Notes under the pieces: model-generated | Database searches by the model: none | Told to the model about the DNA's origin: nothing | What the model saw: only the letters and a program-made list of their open reading frames with translations | Virus record (IMG/VR): IMGVR_UViG_3300037755_000305 | Span: 64,001 to 128,000 of that record | Length of the DNA stretch: 64,000 bases | Strand: one strand, 5' to 3' | Origin: a virus | Shown: positions 27,333 through 36,220 of the stretch, one piece after another | Layout: each line of letters opens with the position of its first letter | How positions within the stretch are numbered: the first letter of the stretch is position 1 | Program-made: the position numbers and the translations under genes

Positions 27333-30300
27333 CTAGTTGCCCGAACCAAAATCATTGGTGTTTACGGTAAACAGACCAAACACACGCTTGATCGGGAATC
27401 TAAGGAAATAAGCATAGAACATGTGATATAGGGTAGGATCTGCCGAATCTCGGAAGACCACCACGTCCGAATCAGGGTCGAACTTCCTTACGTTCTGAGA
27501 AGCGTCCTCATACTGACCGATGATACCGCGACCAAGAAGGCCGAGCAAAATAGCAGAGAGGCTAGCCTTGATGATGCCAACACCGGCCTGAGCGCTTGGT
27601 ACAATCAGAGCGACAACCGAGTTAGCCATCTCTCTACGTACAACCTTGGTAACGAACTGCTTCTGAGTCATGGCTGAAATGAGGTAGAAATCAATGGCGA
27701 ATGTATCAACTGTTGTATCCTCTTCGATACGAACAACTCCGTTACCCAGATCCGTTACGTAGATACTACCAGCATCACCAAGTAAAGCGCTTTCCTTAGG
27801 AGTGTACGTTTGCACACTTGTGAAGCCAGACAAGTTTTTCTTGAGAATGGTGTTTGCCGGGTCGGAGAAACTGGCTGTAAGAGAGGCCAAAGCCGCCGCG
27901 ACAAACGAACCATCCACTGTAACCGATACGGTATCTCCAGACTGTAGAACGATGTTAACCGTAGCCTGCGTAGGCCCTGCTAGAATTCTGGTACCGTGAG
28001 ACGGAGAGCTACCATAAACCCTCAATGTTTTATCCGAAATGTATCGAAGTGTGTCCGGAGTCTGGCGATCTCCAATCGGAGTACCGATCGGCGCACCAAA
28101 CCAATCCAAAGACTCGCGACGTGCGAATGGATCGTTGGCTCTCTCGTTAACTGCAAGTTGGTCGCCCCACGCATCCTGTCGAGACAGAACCACGCGATCC
28201 GTGATGTTGTTTACATTTTCGGTTGAAAGTAGCGCTGTCTTGAAGTCTGTCTGTTGGTACACACCATCTTCATCGGCGTCTGCTACCTGAATGTAGTAGG
28301 CACCAAACACATTGTTATCAAACGCAAGTTCGTTAACAATGTGTAGATGATTGTTGATCGCCGCAGGACCCAAAAGAGTGCGTCCGTCATCACGGTCCAG
28401 AACTAGAATCGGGTTGTTGTACAGTTCAGCACCTCGCAAGAAATTTCCTGTGAAGTAGTAAAGCTGCCCCGGATCGGGCTCTGCCCCCTTAGTTTCGTAG
28501 GTTACAGTTATTGTCTCGGTAGGAGCTACAGGTAGAGACACAAATGGAGATCCAGGGATCTCAACCGAAGATACAGACACTAGACCTGAAGTGGTAACAA
28601 CCGAAACAGTTCCATCCTCTGGAATCTCAACAAGAATGATGTAGGTAGTTCCTGGAATACCGGTAACTGTTCCATTTACATCTGTGATGAAATCGTCCGT
28701 CTCGAATTCTTGTTCTCTCTTCTGTACCAAGCTCCAGTCAATTCGATTCTGGTCATTGGCTGTGAATTCGAATTCGTCTCCAGGCTGTTCTCTATTACCA
28801 GAAAAGCCGTCTCCCCGACACTGGTTACGGAAAGCCAGCTTCACGTTATTCGGGAAGAGAAAGTGCCCGGTGCGCGCGTCAGGGTTCAGTGGATCGAACC
28901 AGTTTTGCTGGCTAGCTTCGTAAACTCCGAAACCGCCTTCTGGCGTATCAGTATTAAACTCACCGACCACAGTACCAACAACATGAGGAACAGCAAGAAC
29001 AGACCCGGTTAGAGGGTCCGTCTGGGCAACTGGTAGACTTACGATGTTGGATGTAGATCCGTGAGTCAGAGTGTAAGTTCGATTATCTTTGCCGCTGTAT
29101 CGTAGGGCGGGAGCCTTGGCAATGAAAGCAAAGTCATCCCCAACTGCGAAGTTAGAAGAGCCAAAGTCGATATCCACATCGACTCCGAAAGCCAAACTCT
29201 CCGTAAGAGTGTTCGGAACAGCTTCGTCAGCGGTAAAAGTTCCATTCGGACCAAGTTCGATGAACGTTGACCATGCGAAAGTTACCGTCCGTGTGGGAGA
29301 CACACCTGCAACACCAACAACCCGCAAAGAGTATCCGGTGTTGAAGTCACGATTGAAATCCGTCGTACTGGCCACAGAGATAGAACCAGAACCGGTATTG
29401 TCGTCACCAACCACAATACCTGTAGTTTCCGCAAACTGGTTCTCGTTCTCGTAACGAGCATCTTCTTCTACCAAGCCTGGGCCAAAGCCGTGGAATGAAA
29501 AGTCGTCCGCAACTGCGAAGTTTCCAGCTCCACCAGGGAATGCAAAATCAAGTTCGATTCCAAGCTCAATTTCAATACCAAACTGATTCGTGCCTTCCAC
29601 AATGTTAATTGTTGGGGCAGACTCAACAGCGTGCAGAGGTCGCGGCGGAAGAGCGTCATTACCACCACCAGTAGGGGTACTGGTGTATGTGAAAGAAGCC
29701 AATCGGTTAGGCGAAGAACCAGAGGCGCTAATGCACGAAAGCTGATAGTATCGGTTGTAGTTATGGTCAAATTGTGAAGACGATGCCTGCGTGATTACAC
29801 CAGCTCCGGTGTTGCCTCCGTCCGCCGTGATAGCTGTAACAACAGAATCAGTGTTCACGTTTCCGTCAACAAGAACCGGAGAAGTTACATCTGTTACAAT
29901 GAAGAAGTCGAGATTCTCTCGGAACTGCGGAGCATCTTCCGCCAGACCTACGTTAACAACTTCTCGAAGCTCCTCGACAGGAATTATGTCCTGCGGGGTG
30001 CGCTCTACTGACTGGTAATCCAAAATGTATGTTGCTGTTGGATCGAAAGCTTCCAGAGAAATAGTTACCTGATTGAATACTCCACTGCCGGGGGAGCTTT
30101 CGGTAAAGCTCCAAAAGTCTGCTCGTACAATCGTACCGTCTTGCTTGTACAGCTTGATGCCGGGAGCATTTTGATCCTGGTCAGCAGCATATTGTAGTGT
30201 AGCTACGTGAGGCGAAAGAGACGTAAACGCGAGCGACTCTTCGAAAATGAAGGATCGACGCATCGCGATGTTCTTGCCAACAGCCAACCGATTACCTACA

Positions 30301-30428
30301 CCAACGAAGGCAGGCAGCCGTGCGTCCGCCGTGAGGTTCGTGGGCCTAGGGATAATGAGCTGCCCAATGTAAACACCGGGCGGCACGTATCGCGTATTAA
30401 CCAGTCGAAAACTAGGATTTGATGCCAT
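27333..30428 (-). CDS. Tail sheath protein
   Basis: 1031 aa; N-terminal Y-x-PPGVYI...LPAFVG and C-terminal sheath-like domain (EEDTTVD...YFLRFPIKRVF); upstream of the tube gene. Confidence 0.82.
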   Translation of the reverse strand: MASNPSFRLVNTRYVPPGVYIGQLIIPRPTNLTADARLPAFVGVGNRLAVGKNIAMRRSFIFEESLAFTSLSPHVATLQYAADQDQNAPGIKLYKQDGTIVRADFWSFTESSPGSGVFNQVTISLEAFDPTATYILDYQSVERTPQDIIPVEELREVVNVGLAEDAPQFRENLDFFIVTDVTSPVLVDGNVNTDSVVTAITADGGNTGAGVITQASSSQFDHNYNRYYQLSCISASGSSPNRLASFTYTSTPTGGGNDALPPRPLHAVESAPTINIVEGTNQFGIEIELGIELDFAFPGGAGNFAVADDFSFHGFGPGLVEEDARYENENQFAETTGIVVGDDNTGSGSISVASTTDFNRDFNTGYSLRVVGVAGVSPTRTVTFAWSTFIELGPNGTFTADEAVPNTLTESLAFGVDVDIDFGSSNFAVGDDFAFIAKAPALRYSGKDNRTYTLTHGSTSNIVSLPVAQTDPLTGSVLAVPHVVGTVVGEFNTDTPEGGFGVYEASQQNWFDPLNPDARTGHFLFPNNVKLAFRNQCRGDGFSGNREQPGDEFEFTANDQNRIDWSLVQKREQEFETDDFITDVNGTVTGIPGTTYIILVEIPEDGTVSVVTTSGLVSVSSVEIPGSPFVSLPVAPTETITVTYETKGAEPDPGQLYYFTGNFLRGAELYNNPILVLDRDDGRTLLGPAAINNHLHIVNELAFDNNVFGAYYIQVADADEDGVYQQTDFKTALLSTENVNNITDRVVLSRQDAWGDQLAVNERANDPFARRESLDWFGAPIGTPIGDRQTPDTLRYISDKTLRVYGSSPSHGTRILAGPTQATVNIVLQSGDTVSVTVDGSFVAAALASLTASFSDPANTILKKNLSGFTSVQTYTPKESALLGDAGSIYVTDLGNGVVRIEEDTTVDTFAIDFYLISAMTQKQFVTKVVRREMANSVVALIVPSAQAGVGIIKASLSAILLGLLGRGIIGQYEDASQNVRKFDPDSDVVVFRDSADPTLYHMFYAYFLRFPIKRVFGLFTVNTNDFGSGN

Positions 30429-30564
30429 GAAGGGTTCCCCTCAGTTCAGAACTTGTTCTATCTCTAAGTCAGCGCCCGAGGCGTTAGCCATGGCGGAATA
30501 AACCTTCTCTAACTACTTAGATAATACCTAAAGTTAGAAATCTCCGACAGACCACAGGTTTTCA

Positions 30565-31620
30565 TTATAGGACCACATTCACGGTCTTGGTTGCAGCGAC
30601 TACCGGTGCCAGAGCGGCTCCCTCACTTTGGCGATGTCTGCGATCCAAAACCTGAATTTCGAAGCACCCCAGTTTCTTGGGGGTCAAAAGCAGGCTTTCA
30701 GGGTCAAAAGTGGCTATTTTTCCATCAGATAGGACAATACGTTGCCTATCTTGTAACTGTGTTACACGAATGTAATAGTTCTCGTGAAGTTTTATTTCAT
30801 CTGGGAAATCAATAATCGGAGACAAATTCGTGCTCAGATCATATTCTCCGGTGGTGAAGTTACGGGCGTTAAAAGCCACGTCAGCCATCTCCTGTTCCAA
30901 TATAATCCTATCTTCGTATTGAACTAGGAGATCTATTGTCATAGCCCAGACAGAATCTTTGGGATCGTCAGCGATAGCGCTATTCGTAGTGGGGGACGGT
31001 ACAAAATCCAGTGGCAGGCGAACTTCCCACGTATCTCCCTTGTCGTCTCGTCCTGTAATACGTTGACCACCGCTCAAATTTCGCAGAGGCCCGAATACGA
31101 GGCACAGGAATGCTCCCAAAGCATCAGCGGACTCTTGGTCCGCAGCGGCGCAAATGATGGTGATAGGAATGTTGAATGTGATCGGGAACTGTCCCTGCCA
31201 CTTTAGAGGATTGCCTAACTCTCCTTCCTCTCCCCAAGAAGTAGCGTTATCAATTGTGTTAAGCCCCGGATCGACATATTCCATACCGGAATCCACGATC
31301 AATACGGCTGGCAAGCGCTCACGTATATCCTGATAGTATCTGACAAGTTGTGTGGGGCGCAAAGTAGGATCTGTGGTCAAAGTGTCAGTATCGGTGATGA
31401 ATAGTTTCGATAGAGATCCTACGGATTCTGTGATGGATCTCTTAACACCCGTAGTGTTCATGAACTGCTCTATGTAGTGTTGTATAGCCTGCTTAGTAAT
31501 CGACTTGATACGGTCGTGACTGGCACGAGAAACGGCTTCCTGCACCGACTGTGGAGCAGCCCGAAATATGTAACCTTTGGGGGGTGCTTCTTCTGGCATT
31601 ACGCTCTCCTGCACTTCCAC
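30565..31620 (-). CDS. Putative neck/tail terminator protein
   Basis: RLPAVLIVDSG strand and position immediately upstream of the sheath gene; context-based call. Confidence 0.45.
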   Translation of the reverse strand: MEVQESVMPEEAPPKGYIFRAAPQSVQEAVSRASHDRIKSITKQAIQHYIEQFMNTTGVKRSITESVGSLSKLFITDTDTLTTDPTLRPTQLVRYYQDIRERLPAVLIVDSGMEYVDPGLNTIDNATSWGEEGELGNPLKWQGQFPITFNIPITIICAAADQESADALGAFLCLVFGPLRNLSGGQRITGRDDKGDTWEVRLPLDFVPSPTTNSAIADDPKDSVWAMTIDLLVQYEDRIILEQEMADVAFNARNFTTGEYDLSTNLSPIIDFPDEIKLHENYYIRVTQLQDRQRIVLSDGKIATFDPESLLLTPKKLGCFEIQVLDRRHRQSEGAALAPVVAATKTVNVVL

Positions 31621-31638
31621 CCTTTGTAAGTCTCAGAG

Positions 31639-32106
31639 TTAGTCTGATTCGACACTGAAATCCTTTCCGGGCAAAATTAGTAAATCCCGGGGGTCGGGCA
31701 CGTTGAGCCCACCATTTCTAGCCATTTCTTCGACCTGTGGAAGCATCTCTTCCATCCTGGCCATAATCTCTTCAGAAGTCAAAGCCCCCTCGGGGAGTAT
31801 GGGACTCAAGTCTTCGGCAAACGTGAATTCCGGGTGTACTACCGGAGGGTGAAATTTCCAAACTCCAGATAGTCTGTGGGCCTCACCCAGGATAACTGCC
31901 AGATTGTCATTGACGAAGTACGGAACATTCTTGGGACGCTTCTCTGGATCTGGATCCATAGATTCTTTTTCGCATTCCAGACACATGATTCGAGGACAAA
32001 TTTCCATATCATACTTTCGATTGAAATCGGGTTCGTAAGATCCATGTTTACCGCATCGGTATTCGTAGTCACTCATCTTTGCAGTCCTCGGATTGTAGGA
32101 TTTCAT
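31639..32106 (-). CDS. Hypothetical protein
   Basis: 155 aa, Cys/His-containing N-terminus. Confidence 0.55.
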   Translation of the reverse strand: MKSYNPRTAKMSDYEYRCGKHGSYEPDFNRKYDMEICPRIMCLECEKESMDPDPEKRPKNVPYFVNDNLAVILGEAHRLSGVWKFHPPVVHPEFTFAEDLSPILPEGALTSEEIMARMEEMLPQVEEMARNGGLNVPDPRDLLILPGKDFSVESD

Positions 32107-32329
32107 TGGCTTTCTTTAGTGCAACACGCTTCAACTTCTCAGAGGAAATGAATTTTTGTCCCAAGTATAGCTCCCATTCTTCCCCAACGAGGTCGATTCG
32201 TACCCTTTTACCTGTTTTTCTACAGACGCCCTCATAGCGCCCAGCACGCAGTCGTCTCATAAGGCGCTGGGGTGCATCTGCTTCGATTTTCCAATTTAGT
32301 TCTGCTGCTAGCATTCTATTGTATCCCAA
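32069..32329 (-). CDS. Small basic protein with LAAELNW motif
   Basis: Likely start ATG 32314 (MLAAELNW). Confidence 0.55.
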   Translation of the reverse strand: MGYNRMLAAELNWKIEADAPQRLMRRLRAGRYEGVCRKTGKRVRIDLVGEEWELYLGQKFISSEKLKRVALKKANEILQSEDCKDE

Positions 32330-32339
32330 TTAGAGATAA

Positions 32340-32588
32340 TTACTCGCCGCAGAAGTCTATACCTTGCTGGAGAGCCAGATCTACATAGCTCAGTAGAGCC
32401 TTGCCTTCACAACAGCATACTGCTGCGTTGTCTGACATCATAGATCTCAGATTCTCTGACATCCAGCGAATATCTCTACGCCGCGCCGCCGGTACTTTGA
32501 CCGCTTCCGCCAGCTTTTCAATCTCTGCCATAAGAGTGTTTCCAGCAGGTCGTGTTTTCCAGTTAATGTCCCTAATGTCCACTTTCAT
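32340..32588 (-). CDS. Hypothetical protein
   Basis: 82 aa ORF with SD (gaaagga), directly after conserved element copy 4. Confidence 0.6.
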   Translation of the reverse strand: MKVDIRDINWKTRPAGNTLMAEIEKLAEAVKVPAARRRDIRWMSENLRSMMSDNAAVCCCEGKALLSYVDLALQQGIDFCGE

Positions 32589-32597
32589 TTCCTTTCC

Positions 32598-32628
32598 GTC
32601 TCTGCTACCAAACCGTAGAGCAGTGATT
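32598..32628 (-). promoter_or_regulatory. Conserved 31-nt upstream element, copy 4
   Basis: ACGTAAT-AATCACTGCTCTACGGTTTGGTAGCAGAGAC; 3 mismatches; 9 nt before ATG 32588. Confidence 0.75.
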
Positions 32629-32756
32629 ATTACGTGGTGTCACAGAAGAGATAAGGTAAGAACCTCAGAATTGTCGATCTTACTCCTGTTCATACAGTCC
32701 AGTCTATTCAATAAGTTCTGCTCATACAGTAGATCAGCACTAATCCGATATTTAGT

Positions 32757-33314
32757 TTAGACTGTCCAGTTTAGTCTAGCTGCAATACCTATATCCAAGG
32801 GAATGTTTGTTTTTTCCTCGTCACTGGAAGAGAAAACAACAGTGTCGAAAGTTATCTCTGTTCCCTCAAAATCATCAGCACCAGAATAAGAACTGCCGCA
32901 ACCAGGATTCACGTAAGCAATGGTCACATGAGGCTTGTATTCTGGATAGTCAGATTCGTGGTCTACCTCATCCCATAGAAGTTTTTGTAGATCGCCCAAA
33001 TCTTCAGACTCTACAGATATTTTGACGACATCGTAATCATCGTTTTCGAAAATAGACACTTTCCCAAGAGTAGCCCTAATCTGTGGCTTTCCCTGCAACA
33101 AGTCAATTACTTGTTGTGGTGCGTCATCTACAATGCCGTACAAAATGGTTATGTGGGGGTTGTCTTCGCGACCTTGATTTCCATCCTTATCGAAAATTTC
33201 TTCGTCAGGGATGTTCGTTTTTCCCCAATCCATTATCCGCTTAGCTATGTTTTTAGGAATGTTGACCTGCGTAGAGGCGTAATCATAATCCGCCGTTATC
33301 CACCGGAGTTTCAT
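32757..33314 (-). CDS. 2H phosphoesterase (T4 gp57B/Acb1-like)
   Basis: Two H-x-T motifs (PHITILY, PHVTIAY); DYPEYKPHVTIAY resembles the second motif region of T4 57B. Confidence 0.8.
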   Translation of the reverse strand: MKLRWITADYDYASTQVNIPKNIAKRIMDWGKTNIPDEEIFDKDGNQGREDNPHITILYGIVDDAPQQVIDLLQGKPQIRATLGKVSIFENDDYDVVKISVESEDLGDLQKLLWDEVDHESDYPEYKPHVTIAYVNPGCGSSYSGADDFEGTEITFDTVVFSSSDEEKTNIPLDIGIAARLNWTV

Positions 33315-33679
33315 TTTTGTCTCCTACGATCGTGCGGAAAGACATACCGCATCTCAGTTTTCTTTGTAGATACACCTAGAGCTTTCAATATCTTTCGTTT
33401 GGTTCTCAAGTGTGGCGCTCTCCTGCCTTGGGAAATTAAACGTACAGTCCTCCACTCAAGGTTTGCTTCGCGTGCAAGCATTCTAAGAGAGTAACCATTC
33501 TTTACTGTAAGATATCGTACTCGATTAGGGTATGGAGGAACACCTTGTCTCTTGCAATGCGGACAAGGGTCATTCTTGGTGAATACTGGAACATGCCACC
33601 GTAAACAATCGGAGCACTCGATTCCGTGCTCAATTGTTGCGCGGTCCATATAAATCCGTCTTGAACGGTTAAAGGTCAT
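33311..33679 (-). CDS. XRE/Cro-like helix-turn-helix regulator with N-terminal Zn ribbon
   Basis: CSDC/CPHC pairs; GYSLRMLAREANLEWRTVRLISQGRRAP...ILKALGV. Confidence 0.75.
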   Translation of the reverse strand: MTFNRSRRIYMDRATIEHGIECSDCLRWHVPVFTKNDPCPHCKRQGVPPYPNRVRYLTVKNGYSLRMLAREANLEWRTVRLISQGRRAPHLRTKRKILKALGVSTKKTEMRYVFPHDRRRQK

Positions 33680-33749
33680 TTCAATGTCCTACCCTGGGTA
33701 AACTACAGTCCTGAGTAGGAAATAATACCGGATTCTCTATTGGGGTCTT

Positions 33750-34835
33750 TTAGAACCCTGCGGCACGAGGAGCAGCAGGAACGCCAGAAACAGCAAGAGC
33801 GGCTGCGCCTGCTGCTGCGCTGGCCGCGCGAGTCACAACTCTTTGGCTTGCTGCATTTATTGTCGCTCTGGCGGCGGCAGGTACATCTCTGGGAAAGACT
33901 TGCCCGGTTACAACAGCCTGTGTAGAAATCGCAGCGTCCTGAAGAAGTCCAAAAGTTTCACTTCTTTTGTTGGAATAAGTGAAACCTGAGCGATGGTTGT
34001 ACTGCTGTCGAAGAGAAGATCCAGCCAAACTACCGTCCGTTATAGCATCATTGGTAGTTGCAATATTACGTCCAAGTTCGGGAAAAGATTTGTAAACAGT
34101 AAACGAAGCTGTCCATTCATTTACCTGAGCATGGTTTGACGCAGAATCCGTGAACGAAATGCCCGCAGGTTGCCAGAATCCCCATAGAGTAATCTGAGGG
34201 AAAATGAGACTGTTGTAGTTAATGTAGCATAGATTGGCTCTTCCGTCATCGAGGACTTTGATCTCGTCTACCAGACTCATGAACTCGTAGAAGTTGTTAA
34301 GTCCATCAGGCACAACACCACGAGGATTAAGGATACTTCGGGTGGGAAGAATGTTACCGCTTTGAAGTTTGAACGTAAGAACAGGCTCATCAAAATACGT
34401 CTTGCGCACATTGTCGTTCCACGCATGTAGAACTGTACCAGCTTTGGTCTTTTGCTCAACAGAACGCTGTGGCATTGTCCAGCTTACGTCGGAAGGATTA
34501 CACCTAAATTTTATTGACTTAGGTTCACTAATTCGTTCTGCTGGGAACGGATTCACAAAGTCAGACAAATCAGATCCAGCAGCAGCCAAAGTATCCTGGA
34601 AAGGATACTCGGCTTTTGCTGGAGGTTGGGCGATTTGCTGCCAAGAAAGGCAACCCATTTCCCACTCGAAATCAGTTCGATTCTCGGTAAGTCCTGCATT
34701 GGGGAAAAGACCCCCTCCGAGACCTGTGCTGCCAGCCAGGGCAAACACAGGATTCCCGGAGGTTTTGGGGCTTCGAAGGAGACCTGGGCCGTTTTTCGGA
34801 TCAACTACGTTAGAAATGTATTCGAATCCGGCCAT
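33750..34835 (-). CDS. Putative baseplate hub / tube-initiator-like structural protein
   Basis: F-x-x-NP-x-x-x-S-W...R...KT-x-AG-x-V-x-x-x-W pattern seen in contractile tail proteins; context. Confidence 0.4.
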   Translation of the reverse strand: MAGFEYISNVVDPKNGPGLLRSPKTSGNPVFALAGSTGLGGGLFPNAGLTENRTDFEWEMGCLSWQQIAQPPAKAEYPFQDTLAAAGSDLSDFVNPFPAERISEPKSIKFRCNPSDVSWTMPQRSVEQKTKAGTVLHAWNDNVRKTYFDEPVLTFKLQSGNILPTRSILNPRGVVPDGLNNFYEFMSLVDEIKVLDDGRANLCYINYNSLIFPQITLWGFWQPAGISFTDSASNHAQVNEWTASFTVYKSFPELGRNIATTNDAITDGSLAGSSLRQQYNHRSGFTYSNKRSETFGLLQDAAISTQAVVTGQVFPRDVPAAARATINAASQRVVTRAASAAAGAAALAVSGVPAAPRAAGF

Positions 34836-34852
34836 ATTGTTCTCCGTCCCTG

Positions 34853-35554
34853 TTAGACTTCCTGTTGTGCCCTCGCTGCCTCAATCTGGGCGGGATCTTC
34901 GGGCGGTTCGAAACCGTCTTCTACCACGTCAGATTCCACCTTGGCGGAAATTTCTGACAAACACGCGAGAGCGAACCGCTTTAGCGGTCCATCACTATCT
35001 GTCTGAGAGATAATATAGGTAAGATCGTGACTGGAAAGCTCACCCTGCATGATGCGGAATTCCGCTACTGCGTCTCGCTCCGTGATATCTTTAGATTCGA
35101 CTCGAAGAATGGTAGACTTAACGCGATTGTTCACAGGATCGGACATGCCTTCGGGACCCTGCGGGTTCAAGGGGTTTGCTGCGGGGGTGTACTGATTTTC
35201 CAACGTAAGAGTTCGCTGGGTGGCTTCCGCCTTGTTGGAGAAATCCGAAAGATTCAGGCGTCTGGCCTCTTCAGCGGCGTCCGTAGTCTTCAGTTCCGCG
35301 AGAGCCTCGTTTGGGTCAACGAGAGCCAGAATTCCCTTGTTAAGGAACTGGCGAAGTTCATTGCTCTGTGTGATGATATCAGGAGACAGGGTGTCCGTCA
35401 AGCAAATGGGAATCCACGTTCGGGGAATGTTACGCGGCACAGCCTTACCGTGAGCAGTAACGAACGTCAGCACGATGTGGCCCATCGGGCGGGACGTATT
35501 CTTGACGTAGATTTTCTTTCCGTCATTAAGTAGTGAGTCAAGATCGAGCGACAT
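34853..35554 (-). CDS. Hypothetical virion-module protein
   Basis: 233 aa; N-terminus similar to 21359-21622. Confidence 0.55.
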   Translation of the reverse strand: MSLDLDSLLNDGKKIYVKNTSRPMGHIVLTFVTAHGKAVPRNIPRTWIPICLTDTLSPDIITQSNELRQFLNKGILALVDPNEALAELKTTDAAEEARRLNLSDFSNKAEATQRTLTLENQYTPAANPLNPQGPEGMSDPVNNRVKSTILRVESKDITERDAVAEFRIMQGELSSHDLTYIISQTDSDGPLKRFALACLSEISAKVESDVVEDGFEPPEDPAQIEAARAQQEV

Positions 35555-36220
35555 TTAGTTCTCCTGAGGTGTGAAGTCTTGGTGCAACAATTTGAACGTA
35601 AACTCCAACACAGCCTTGTTTGTTAGTGAGACCGCAACTCCGGTCTGTTTGTTTCGTCGTGTAAGAGACTGTAGTCCCTTTAGCAAAGTTACTTTTGTGA
35701 GCTGATTCCACATCCACAAAAGTTCAGCTTCAGCGTGCGCCATCCCAAGTTCTCCCGGTACCTCCGGGACTTGTAGGGATTTGAGTGTTTCTTCGGCCCT
35801 GAAGATTGGCGCACCGTAGATCTCTATTTCGAAATCTGCGGACTCTCCTGGGATTGTCTTCGCGATTGTCGTCTTGGGCAAGAAAGGGAGAGACTCCATC
35901 CATGCTGCACTCACCGGCTCCAGATTCGTGATGAGAAAATTCTGTGGATTTCCATCCACAATGTTTACCCCCTCTGCTGGTGCTCCAGTATAGACGCATG
36001 TTTTTTCTCCATGGAAATGATCCACAATGGTAGCCACATCAATCGGCTGCGGCTTTCCATCCCCACCAACAAGTCGGGGGTAGCTCGGGCTCATGACGCC
36101 AGCAGGCAAACCGTTGATTGTAAACCCGCCGCCTTCAATCCCCTGCGGATCGAATATAAGAGATTTGTAGTTCATAGGTATTGTGCTAATCATAAAAGAA
36201 TCTCCTTGACGTATTTCCAT
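35555..36220 (-). CDS. Hypothetical protein with degenerate HNH-like segment
   Basis: CVYTG...VNIVDGNPQNFLITNLEPV resembles HNH but lacks the catalytic His. Confidence 0.5.
   Translation of the reverse strand: MEIRQGDSFMISTIPMNYKSLIFDPQGIEGGGFTINGLPAGVMSPSYPRLVGGDGKPQPIDVATIVDHFHGEKTCVYTGAPAEGVNIVDGNPQNFLITNLEPVSAAWMESLPFLPKTTIAKTIPGESADFEIEIYGAPIFRAEETLKSLQVPEVPGELGMAHAEAELLWMWNQLTKVTLLKGLQSLTRRNKQTGVAVSLTNKAVLEFTFKLLHQDFTPQEN

Noticed and set aside
32685-32735. LexA SOS box (CTGTATGA...)
   Set aside because: Spacing is CTG-N6-CAG, not CTG-N10-CAG; only half-site resemblance.
21640-34835. Bacterial tailocin or contractile injection system locus instead of a phage
   Set aside because: The same window encodes capsid, protease, probable portal and a phage-type DNA polymerase, and has no host housekeeping context.
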